A stretch of DNA of 64,000 nt from Ostrea edulis. Lineage: Eukaryota. Where the stretch lies: contig NC_079166.1 in the NCBI RefSeq assembly GCF_947568905.1, positions 33,170,001 to 33,234,000 of the forward strand, given 5' to 3'. Under the pieces are notes generated by a model. That model had not been told where the DNA came from. It did not search any database and was given only the letters and a program-made list of their open reading frames with translations. Shown here piece by piece: positions 27,595-40,200 of the stretch. Position numbers and translations under genes: made by a program. Within the stretch, counting starts at the first letter, position 1. The number at the start of each line of letters is the position of its first letter.

Positions 27595-30500
27595 GCACTA
27601 AAATGACCAACGACACAAACAACCAGATTGTCAAAATTTCGGGACGACCCGTCCCTTCTTCAGGACAAACGAAAAGAATTACATAATGTGCCCAATATCA
27701 ACAGAACATAATAACAAAAACTACATATAAATACATCTAGCACTACAACTACACTAATCTACAAACGTATTTACAACGCAGACTACATGTTTTTTGGTCT
27801 TTAGGCTTGTCAATCAATGTTAAAAGTGGAGCGAATTAGGACATGCCTTATTCGTCCAAAGAGCTGATCTAAAATGATTTTTCGCTAGTCCAGCAGCGAT
27901 GAATCTCCGATATTAAACACACATTCAATTAGACATGATTGAGAAACGAACTGTATATTAAATTGCAGATTTTAAAATTGATGCCTGATTCAATGCTCTA
28001 GAGTTTTGAATTTAAAACAAATCAAACGTAAGACCAGGGACGTATAAACAAGTATATACATCCCCGGAAAAACTGAATTATTCGAAAAATCCAATATGAT
28101 AAAAAACATAACATTCTGTGTTATATTTAGAACGACAATGTTTACTTTGTGTACATGCCCTGGTTCACACGCGATGGTTCATCGAGGCGGTTACGTAATT
28201 GTAAACAAAAACAAACCCCGTGGTGTATGTAAGATGCGTGTAGTTAATGACTGAGCTATTCTATGCTTGAAGGTTTGTTTCTTCAATTAAATATATCGTT
28301 TTAATAACAAACGTAGAAGAGATAACCTTTTCCTCTTTTTTTCTTTGGAACGATTGTTTATATTAAAGCTACTAAATAATAAAAAAGTTGTCGATAGATG
28401 ATTTTTAAAGGAACCATAGATCATGTTAAAACCTTATTTTAAAAGAATATTAGCATTTCATGAAGTCAGATTTATTAATTAAAGCAAGTTTATTTAAGTT
28501 ATACGCATATTTCCCCCCCTTCACCTACCTAATGATACGGTTACCTGTTTGTGGGTCAAGCTTTTTACTCATATATAACACAATACTCGAACACAATATT
28601 ATGTTAATGAGATCAATAAGATGTTAAAGAACAACTTTTCCAGCGAAAGCCATATCGAAATATTTACCGTTTTTGAGTTATAAAGCGAAAACTTTGAAGA
28701 TCCCCAGATCCCTAATTTAAGGGACCAGCCCCTTTTTAGGGATATCAAAAGAAAGCTCGTAACATTTTGCACAACTTTTGTTCTACACGTTTTAACAAAA
28801 TATTTTTAGTTTAAAAGATACAAAGGAAAATATGTGTAATTTTTTGCTCCTTTAGGCGTCCTAATTTTTTAACCCTGTCAACCACTATTTCGAACGCTGT
28901 AATAAAAAACAAAAAACGATGTGTACAACTACAATGCTCCTACTTTTCATTTTCAATGCATTTTCTGCTCAAGATTATACAGTCTCGGAGCCTTTGTCTG
29001 GAAACCAAATCCCCTAAAATTTCATTCAAAGGGGAATAACTCGTGAACAGAAGTGAATTTCTGAAATGTAGTACATTATTTTAAGATTGTTCTGTAAAGT
29101 TTATAAACCCTGAAAATTTGAGCAAAATCCATGTAGAAATGAGCGAGATATGAGGCTTCAAAGTTAGCGTCTATGAAAAAGGGAAAAAAAGTCTTAAGCA
29201 GCAGTAGTAGGTCTTCTGTTGTTACGGAAGACCTTAATAACGGCCTAACAACTGGTATGAAAGATGTCATAAGGCATTCGACCCAGTGACAGGTTGTATT
29301 TGTAAATTAGATCATTATAACAGTCATTGAATTTGTGAAATGCTAATCTTAAACGAGTCTGTTAAAACTCCTATAACATCAATCTATTTTTCAGAAGCAT
29401 CCAAGAGACACTTAAAGGGACTGGTTCACGATTTTTGATAAAAATATTTTTCATTTTTGATGTTAAACATTTAAAATATAACTCATTTAATGTTGACAGC
29501 CAAAATTTTGACCTTCTGAATGCAACAATAAAAGCAATATTTTAGCCTTAAATCTGTGTTATGTAAACAAAGACTCGAGTCATTTTATGTATACAAACAA
29601 ACAAGTGAAATATTGATTTTGTAATATAAAGCATCTTAATTTTGCACAGTCAAAAACTTTTACTATTAGATAACACGTTTTACCCCAAAATTGCTTGAAA
29701 TGTGAAAGATATAATAAATTTAGACCAAAATACATTTCTTTTGAAAATTTCGGAAACAATAACATACCACAATCTGTTTACAAAACAAATAATAAACTCT
29801 CTAAAATGAGCTTCTGGGATAATGTATAACCTTAATTTTTATGCGAAATCTTTTAATTCATTAGACAGTAGATTTTGATCATCAAAAGTGAAAAAGAAAA
29901 TTTTGAGGAAAATCGTGAATCAGTCCCTTTAAGGACAAAGACTAAGAGGATACGAAGGACCTCACGAAGAATGACATAGGGGAGGTAAAAGAGGAACTTA
30001 AGAATGGGATGAGATAGTACATTAACTAGGGGATGAGGGAGGATATTTGAAAAGAACTAGATTTGGAGGTCCACAAAGCTCAGTATGGAACCTTCCAAGG
30101 AATAAAAAACCAATGTGCAGACAAATTGGACAGCCTAATGATGGGTAATGGCATCAATATAGAAAACGTGACACAACTGAAACAAATGATCACTTATCTA
30201 ATAAAGCAGCTGAAGGAAACCAACAGACGTGCAAGTATAGCTGTTAGCATGACATATTTTAAGCAACAAACAATATCAAGAATATAAACTGTCTAAAAAA
30301 ACAGGGTTTAATTTAGACGGGAGAGACATCTTGGAAATTCACTGCATGCCTTCAAGTAACAAAAATAAAACGATGTCAGTGATTGCTAAATTCATAATTA
30401 ATGAAATGATGAAGGTTCTCATCATAAAAAAGGAGTAGTTAAGGAACTACCTCATGCTGAAAGATCTCGCCAATACGATTGCAAAACTACTGCGAATACT

Positions 30501-33500
30501 AAGATCCGAAGATAGAGAACACATGCTAGACAGTGTGTGGTTCTTTAATGGATACTTGAACTTCTTTACAGTGAATAAAATGAGAAAAGATACGAGATGG
30601 ATGTGATAAATAACGTTGACAAAAGCGTAGAGTATGACACTGAACTCTGGATATGAAAATTAACAGAGGAATATTATGACGGACAAGTGTGGGATTTTGC
30701 TAAAGGCAACTTTATTTGTGCTTCAGAGTAAAAGTATTGTTTTATGATTTGACCGTTGAGACGTACGAAGACCTTTAACATCTTGCAACACGACTAAAAT
30801 AGACATTTAATCCATCTATTCAATTAACGTAGGAAATAAAACGCAGTCGATGTAAACAGTGCATTATGACGTCATATTAGCTGCGATATTTTTGTTTTCA
30901 AACCATGCAAACCAAGCAATTTTCAACAATATGAGATATGAAAAATCTTGTCTAAAATTTTAAAACGTTTGTGGTATTTTTAAAAAAAAATTATTTACTT
31001 TATCTAGGTGATTGTCAATGAAGTATATATACCGCAGTGACGGCGACATTTTCCCCAAAGCACAATGGGTAATCATCGTAATTTTTCAGCTTATGAAGAG
31101 CAAGAGTAATCATTGGAGCAAACTCGTCGCGTCGTGCTATGAGTGTGCGAGTGTATCTATGTGTCAATTTTTCTAATCCTTATCTATAGCTCTGACAAAC
31201 TCTTTGCAGCATTTTATTTTGATTCAACCAATAGCTGTCAAATAATATTACAGTAATAGTGACAAAGAAATGGAGGACCTGTGCATGTGCGTGAATTTGT
31301 GTGTAATTGTGTACATGTAATTGTAAACGTCTAAAAATATAAAATTAAAGAATATTGTGAATATTTTTGAAAATTGTATTATTATAAATAAAAATTCATA
31401 CCACAATGCGATTCGCTCGTTCCCCATCTCCAGGTTTTGACAGAGAAATAATAACTATTGGAAGTGTTTGCTATAAAGCGATCAACGACAGGATCAATCG
31501 CCATGTGTGGACCTTCGGAGCCAGTTGTAGCCTTGTTGACCCATTCTGATTCTGAAACAAGTCTTCTTCCAAAATAGCCCTTTCCCCATGGAACACCGTA
31601 CAGTCTCCACCTATCAATATGATGTGAATTAGGAGATTCCTTTATGGACCTCAATGTTTAATTTGTTATAAAACTCGGAGAAAAAAGATTGATAATTCAG
31701 TATAGTTTATGGAGGATGCGCTTTATATAGCGTCGAGTCATTATATTTCCCCCGTGGATGGACTTCCTAGAGCCGCGAATCAATATATTTTCCCAGTGGA
31801 TAAACTTTCTAAAGTGTCAGGTCAATATATTTCCAAAGTTCATAAGCTTCTTAGAGTGGCAAGTCAAAATATATCCCCATTGGATAAGCTTCCTAAAGCA
31901 CAGAACGAATATACTTTCCTTTTGAATTTGATCATCCTTAATCATCATCATGGTTCATCCTATCCGTTGATGTCTAATTTACACGGGGTTATGATTATTT
32001 TTGTCATGTGTTAATTTCGCCTTTCTACATTTGCTAACGGTTTCTCTCCGTTTTGAATTCACTCAGACACAGTTGTGTTAAAAGAGAGATTAAAGAAAAA
32101 ACAATTTAGCCCAGTCTTAGATTCGTCCACTGAAAACGAACGAGGGGGCGAAAATAAAACGAGAGCGAAAATTTCCTTGTATACAGTATAAGTGTGGTTT
32201 AAAATGTCACCAAAAACAATACAACATATAGTAAAAATCAGTGTACATTTTTTGTACCTGTAGTAAAAGAAAGCACCCCTTGTCCAACCATTAATATGCG
32301 ACTGGAGGGAATATCGACTCGTTGGATTCATTTTTGGACCACAGTTTGTAACACATCTACAATAGAGATTTACAGAAACAACTTTCATCAAGAAATCTCA
32401 AAATCCTTCATCAACATCATTTCATTAACTTGGTCTTATGAAAGAAATATAGAAAATATTGAAAACCCATTCTTACTTTAAGCTGATCATGGGTGGATTT
32501 CCCACGGTGATAAACAAGACAAGCGAGTCCTCGGCTACTCTGTTGTCTTTCTTTACGATCATTTTTATTTCAACGTAATCAACTTCATACATTTCCCCAG
32601 TAAAAATGTTAATCACACCACCAGTAGCATTGGCCAGCTTTCCTAGCAATTATCAACACGTTTATGAAAAATAAACCAGAGAAGCGAATACGTAATTATG
32701 ATTAATGGCAGCTGTACTGCTTTCTAGCCAATATCTTCTAAATTTCACATGTAATGAAAATCATATAAACCTCTACATCATGTACCTGGTGAATCCAGCA
32801 GATCAATCTTCGAGCAACCTCGATCAGAATCGTCCTGGTAAGTACAGTTATGAGTAAAACTAGATATAGGATTGTAATCAGTACTAAAGGTTGGCCAGTT
32901 TTCGCATAATCTTCTGCACAACCAAATGAACTCCATTCCACTTTTGTCAGTGGGTGCTACGTCAGGGTCATATGATTCCGCCTTTCCGTCGAGAACTAAG
33001 GGCATCGTACTTCCCCATGGCGCTTGCAAGAAGTCGCCACCTGCAATACTGACTTGCAATGGCGTGGCCACTATTCGCAATTTAACAGAGTCGATAGAAT
33101 ACATTCCCATCAATTCGTTCATGCTGACATTCAATGTAAATCTGTAAAGTCCATATTCCAGGACGCGCGGCTCCACTTGTAAGGATCGGGCACCGATAGA
33201 ATACACATCAGCGCCTCCTAGGTCAGTGATTTCAGTTTCGTTTCCATATGTTTCGTCTATCTTATGAACGTTCCATGAATAGTACGCTACCTTAGTAGAA
33301 GTACAGTTAATAATAACATCGGAGTATACTATTAGCTTTTCAGACTTTAGAACTGTTCTCATATTAGGATCTACAGTATCACAATTGGGGGGCTGGCAGA
33401 TATTGATATTTTTTAGGTTGACATATGGCCACCAGCATGGGCCCTTGGTGACTCCTGTGTTATATATTGTTGTCGTGTGAGACACGTAATTCTTACACTC

Positions 33501-36500
33501 TAATGTTGCATCGTATGAACCTTCAAACATGAAAATGTTGTTTATTGTCATGTTGTAGTTGTTTGGATTTGCCAGTTTATTTTCATACCACGGATCAGAA
33601 TCATGAGAATAAAAGACTTTGTTTGGATCGTTCCAGTACCAACTCCATTCAGGAACCAAACTACAAAAATTGGAGTCGCCAAACATCATGTACCGATTCG
33701 GTATAGATGTATCATCCTTGAAGTCGATAAAATAACACGCATCGGAACCAATTGTTCCCGGAAACATTTGGTACTGAAATGTTGTGTTCTTGGACCGAGG
33801 ATCATCAGTCGTTATAGAAATGTTAAAGCAACCTCTCTGAATATGGATTGTTGTTTCCGAAATGGAACCATTCTGGTTGAATTTGTTTGTTGCAGTTAAA
33901 ACAATGTTGTAGGTAGAATCATTAGTGTATTCATGGAATGCATTTTGATCATAGTAAATAGATTCTAGAGCGGATCCATCTCCGTATTCCCAGGCATAAG
34001 TAACATGTGAGCCTCTATCGTGAGATGCCACGAAAAGAACCTGATGTTCCAGCGCAAAATAATTCAGACCTGGACCACCGCCAGTCTTTTTCACTCCTGT
34101 ATCCGGGTCGTAATCGTACACAGTAAGCCGTAGATTGACTATTGCTTCATAAAGATCATGAAGACACGTGTAGTTTATGTCACTAACCAGGTTCCAGATA
34201 TTTACGATTACGGTATAATTACCGCCTCTTAAATAGAAATGTTGGAAAGAAAAGACAAGAGACTTTCCACCACCATAATTTGGATTAGCAAATGTTTCTG
34301 GCAAATGTTTCTCTACCGTTTTAGTTCCATCCCCATAGTCAATTGTATAGGATGCATTAGTTGGTCTCTCTTTACTATTGTCAAATAACAATTCAAAGCT
34401 GACGCTAGTATTGTATGTAGTGAAGGTGGGTGGACCGATATCATTTGAGCAAACCAAACATCTCACCTCAAATCCACCCACAGGAATTTGAACAATTATG
34501 GGCCCCGCTGATGATGTGACCGTCTCAGTGCTTACCGTATTGTTGCCCACAGCATATGCATAGTAGACACCAACAGTGTCAAAATAGTGAGATATAGACA
34601 TAGGATTTGAACGATCGCATGGTAAAACGTAGTCTGGGGATCCATCTCCAACAGCAATTGTGCATTCTGCTCTTGAACCCCAGGACATGCTAACAACAAG
34701 ATCCGAATTTGTTCTAATAGGTACATAAAAAGGATTAGGTGTGAAGTCTAGATCATAGATGGGTTCATCAACGTTTAGAGTCAAAGGAAAGTATTCAAAA
34801 TCGACTAAATTGGAAATGTTGGCAGATACATTGTACGTTCCATATGACGTGTAGTCGTGAGAAAACATAATCTCAAAGAAACCTTCTAATGGGGTCAATG
34901 TTGTAACAATTATGGGACTACTTGTAGTGATATTATTAGATTCTGTTGTAGTAGAACTGTTACACAAAAGTTGGTATTCTTCCTCTGTTATTGTAGCTGG
35001 AGTTGAGTTTGTGCTATTGACATAATCAAAATCGGACGAGTTTAGAGATTGTTGTAATAATTCATTAAGGGCATTACAATCAAGTGATGTCGTTGGTTCG
35101 AATGTGGGAATTGCTGTGGTTTGAATAACTGGTTCCTCGAAAACATCTGTTGTTGTTGTACTGTCGTTGAAGTCGACAAAGTAACTTGCATTAGTAGCAA
35201 GAGGAACGCCTCCTAAAAACGTAAACACGAATTTCACAGAGACTTTACCGATTGGTTCTAATCTCATGGGCGTGGACATGAATGCTATGACATTTTCCAC
35301 TGGGTATTGAACATGGACATTATGAATGCTGGTGTGGTTATCCACTGGGTTCTCTATTGAAAAATTAACACCGTATACTCCGGGTGCATTGAAGATATGT
35401 GAAAAGTTATACCGCTGTGGACTTACAAGTAAATCTTGATACAGGAATTCAAGAGGTGACCCGTCTCCATACAGCAAAGATGAATTAAATCGAGAGCAGT
35501 AATTCATTCCAATATCAAATGTTGTATTCTCTCCAACAGGTACATAAGGTCTGTCGTTGATAATTGTCAAATTAATGATTAGAAAATCTATCCAAACCCC
35601 TCTTTCAAATGAATGAACAGGGCTGACCAGATTCGTGACATTTGCTTCGATGATGTAATATCCAGTCCAGTTGTAACTTACAGTGTTAATGATTGCCTCA
35701 CCGGACTTAAATGGCCAGTCAAAATAAGACGCATTCAGCACAGTCCCATTCATTGAAACCTCAAGATCGGCATGAGTAATATGGGTACCTGTGCTAATGC
35801 TCATTGGGATAGCTCTGGGTGTTCCGAACGGAATAGGGTCAGTCTCATCAATGGAAAAATTGGAAATTGGAATTTGCACAGTGAGGTTTAATACAACGGT
35901 AATGTTTCCAATCAAGTTATGTGCCATTATTGTGAAGGTATACCAGTCGGGTTCGGAGTAATAATACGACACAAACCCGTCCATTCCTAAAAAAAAAAAA
36001 TGATAGAATTCGAATTACCATCGACTGATAGATAATGCAACAACGTATATTACCACTCTATTGCAACAATATATTAAGCATTTATACATGACTGCAATAG
36101 TGAAATTTATGGCCCAATTCTCTATTTTGTATTCCTTATTGGAGTTGTGAGATTGATCAATGTTCTTTATCTTCACCTTGCATATGGGATATTTCAAGTA
36201 CTTTATAAACAAGCGTACCGAGATCCAGTTTAATTGTCATGAAATTCGCAACAAGTAATTAATGATCCGCATTAAGAAGTTTGATTTCAAACCAATCAAG
36301 CCAATAAAATTAATTCTAAAGATCGAACGAGATTACTAGTACTGCGCTGATTGAATACTGAAATTACAGCCAAACGCTCGTTATACAAATTCCAAATCAT
36401 GTGAAATATGATACCATGTAGTAAATTGCTTCAATTTTAAGTTAAATATTTCCATACGTTGTAAAAGTAAGTTCAGTTTGTAAATATGTAGTAAATCTGG

Positions 36501-37172
36501 ATTATACTATCAAATAAGAGAACCTTATTACAGAAATCATATCGATGTGAATTGATGAAAGGTGTAGATAGCAAACAGTGATCAATCTTATAACTCCTAT
36601 ATGGAATACAAAATAGGAAGTTGGGCAAACACGGACCTCTGGATATACCAGAGGTGGGATCAGGTGCCAAGGCAATATATTGATTACCTACCTGACAAAG
36701 TTCCATTGCACGTTGTGGTACAGTTCAGATCACCAGAAGATACGAAACAGGTATCATTCAATTTGGCTTCCTCACAGAGGTACCCATAAAATGGATACGC
36801 GTAGGTAAACTCAACTCCATTCCCCATTGAGATGTGGTAGCTAACATTTGTACCTGGTCAGAAATCAGATTCGTATTACACGTTCTAAGATGTATATTCT
36901 TGTATGCAAAACTTTGCTTTTATTCAAATGGAATCACTATACCTTGGGTTATGTTCCAAAGAACTTTAGTAGGTTCGGTGAAGACAGTGGCCATGTTTTC
37001 AGCCTCGACGGTAAAGTTCAATATCTCATCTTGAATAATTATCACCAACTAACGAATAAAATGTGTAAAATAATATGTATACGGTGTGACCGTTGGACCG
37101 AGCGAAGCATGAAATGGTCACTGGTGTGTCCCAAGTGATAATCATAATTCCGTTAGGTACGGTTGATTATGA

Positions 37173-37217
<45 letters not shown>

Positions 37218-40200
37218 TTATATATATAATTGTCCTTGCAATAAACATTCAGTAACATCTCAATATTAAAGGGGGATTTACAAGGATAACAGTTCTATAG
37301 GATCCGCCTATTCATTGAGCGCGGGAAATAAAACGCAAGGCTATGTAAACCGTGCATTGTGACGTCACATTTAAACTCGACTTAACAATACATCCCGTAT
37401 GCAATTGAAAAGACCGTTTAAAACTAAACAAAATTAACCAATAAATTCAAAATGGTAGAAACGTAACCATAAGTACATTGTATATTCTTAATATTTAAGG
37501 AAATTCGTGAATTCGTTCATTTATTTAGTCGTATTACTGTTTTTATGTTTGATGATTGGCTAAAAACTGTAATAATGATAATCATACCATTCAGTTTTAA
37601 CAAACTGGGTGTTTGAATTACAAATTACACGGCAGCCTTGTAATTCAAAATTAAAACACGAATAACTCTAGAAGCAACTAATGAAGAAAACAATATGGCA
37701 TCGCCCATATGAATCACAAAATTTTCAGTGAACGTATGTAGAGATTATTCCTATTCATTTGCTAATTTTCTCATTTTTTTCTTTTACATACATGTTACCT
37801 TTAGAGCCTTGCTTCGCGGACGGGCCGAACCGACAGATGTCGCAAAATTTGACTCTGTCAAAATAACCTTGATCTTTATTTGTCTAATCTTTAAATATGA
37901 CTTTTAATCGAATATGAACAAAAGAAGTCTCTATCTTGTTTAGTTCACAACGTTAAAGCTGCACAAGGCACAAGGGAACAGAAGATAGACGACTAAAGTT
38001 AAAGCTGCGAACAGACAAAGGCACAATGGAACAGAAAGACAAACAGACCAAACGTAATTCAAAAACAATAAAACCTCACCATTTCAAACACAAATAGTAC
38101 TCACCGTGGTGGTGACCTTGCTGACTTTGTTCTCCGCTGTTAATGTGATTGTGTACACACCTGCCTCCGTCCATGTGTAATTCATGTCTCTGGTGTTTGA
38201 AAATAAGACGTCACCGGTCCCAAACATCCACGTGTACAGTACCTTCGACCCCGGATGGGCGGGTACGTTGATATCTATCGTATCATTGGTTGCACCTTCA
38301 CACATAAAACACAGTATAAACATACACGTGTATTGTATGGGACAAGGGTCGTGACGAGAGTAAATGAACATGAATATCGATTGTTTACATTGGACCACTT
38401 TATATCGATTGTTTACATTGGACCATTCTATATCGATTGTTTACATTGGGCCATTCTATATCGATTGTTTACATTGGATCACTTTATATCGATTGTTTAC
38501 ATTGGATCATTTTATATCGATTGTTTACATTGGGCCGTTTTATATCGATTGATTACATTGGACCATTTTATATCGATTGTTTACATTGAACCATTTTATA
38601 TCGATTGTTTACATTGGACCATTTTATATCGATTGTTTACATTGGAACATTTTATATCGATTGTTTACATTGGACCATTTTATATCGATTGTTTACATTG
38701 GACCATTTTATATTGATTGTTTACATTGGACCATTTTATATTGATTGCTTACATTGGACCATTTTATATCGATTGTTTACATTGATCCATTTCATACTAC
38801 AGAACACAAGTATCATAGATTAGAACTATAATTTTCTATACAGTCGCTAACATAATACTTATGATGAGTACTGGAGAGACAATCCGGTTTTATAGTAGGT
38901 GTAGATAAATCTTTCTGCTGTGTACATATAGTCTTCATTTATAATGTTGAAAAAGAGCATTTGTTCGGTTAATATGGAATAGTTTTAATACCAATGGGCA
39001 ATACAATTTGAGGATGACATTGCTTCAAGTTTACTATGTCCAAGTTTCCGATGACAAAGGTATTTTTAAGAAAAGTCTTTATAATCGTAGTAGGAATCGG
39101 GATAACCCAAATATAATGGTCCATCACATTTTATTTCCTCATCATTTACAGATAGAGTTTTTTTGGTTTATCATGGACAGCAGTTTTAATTCAAATTGTC
39201 TAAAATTGATAAAATGTAGTTATAAATCAAGATTTTGCGCAGATGAAAAAGTACAAAACAAAAGAAGAAAAGAAATTGAGAACAATAATTAGTGCACACA
39301 GTCTTTAAATCCTCCTGGCCATTTTCAATGGTTTTAACTTAATCTGTTTCCACGCACTGTTATCTTTACAACTTTGGTATCCATCCTATCTAATGTAGTC
39401 ACGGCATTTTAAACTTCACGGCTCTGACATGCAGTGAAAATATGACAATTATACTTCAGTACAATCTAGAACTGTCCTAATGGGACTAATACCCCCCCCC
39501 TCCCCCCCCCCCCCCCCCCGCGGGGCATATAAGATGATGGGAAATATTTAATGCAAGCACATTTGATATATTTTCACATTATCTACAGGGCAATCAATGT
39601 GAATGCAGAAGTGTATATTCTACAGTACAGCAGTACATGAAATATTAAAAATATGCTTAATATAAACAATGAATACTATTTGGCACATTTTAGGCTGTAT
39701 GATTGCAAATCCCTGGTCAACTCTTCTAGTCTTTAGCTTATATTCACTTTGTTAAAGATCATTATGTTATGCCAACTTTACTTTGTCATTGATTTTGTCA
39801 GTAAATAAATGACATTAGCTCAAGTATTGGTATTATTGTAATCTTTTCCTCTGGTATAACAACTCTAAGTAGCTGCAATAAAGGCAGTTTACTATGAATC
39901 CCATTGCCAGGGAGAATAAAGTTTGAATCAGATCTGTTCAACGGTATTAGAATTAAACTCTGGACAAAGTGCGCAACCCCCAAAATGAAAAGAAAATGTG
40001 CGTAACTTCTATAACTGTTAAAATATTTCAATGAAAATAGGAGATGCACAACTACATAATATATAAAAGATGTGCATACAGGTTGAATGAAATATGTCCA
40101 GCGGTATTAAAAATAAACTTCGGACAAATTGCGTCTACGGACAAACGGACGGACAGACGAACAAAGTGATTCCAGTATACCCCCCCCAAACTTCGTTTGC

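Noticed and set aside
38255-38823. Repetitive ORFs (also 48421-48934, 52498-52848, 55704-55993)
   Set aside because: Translations of minisatellites and microsatellites.
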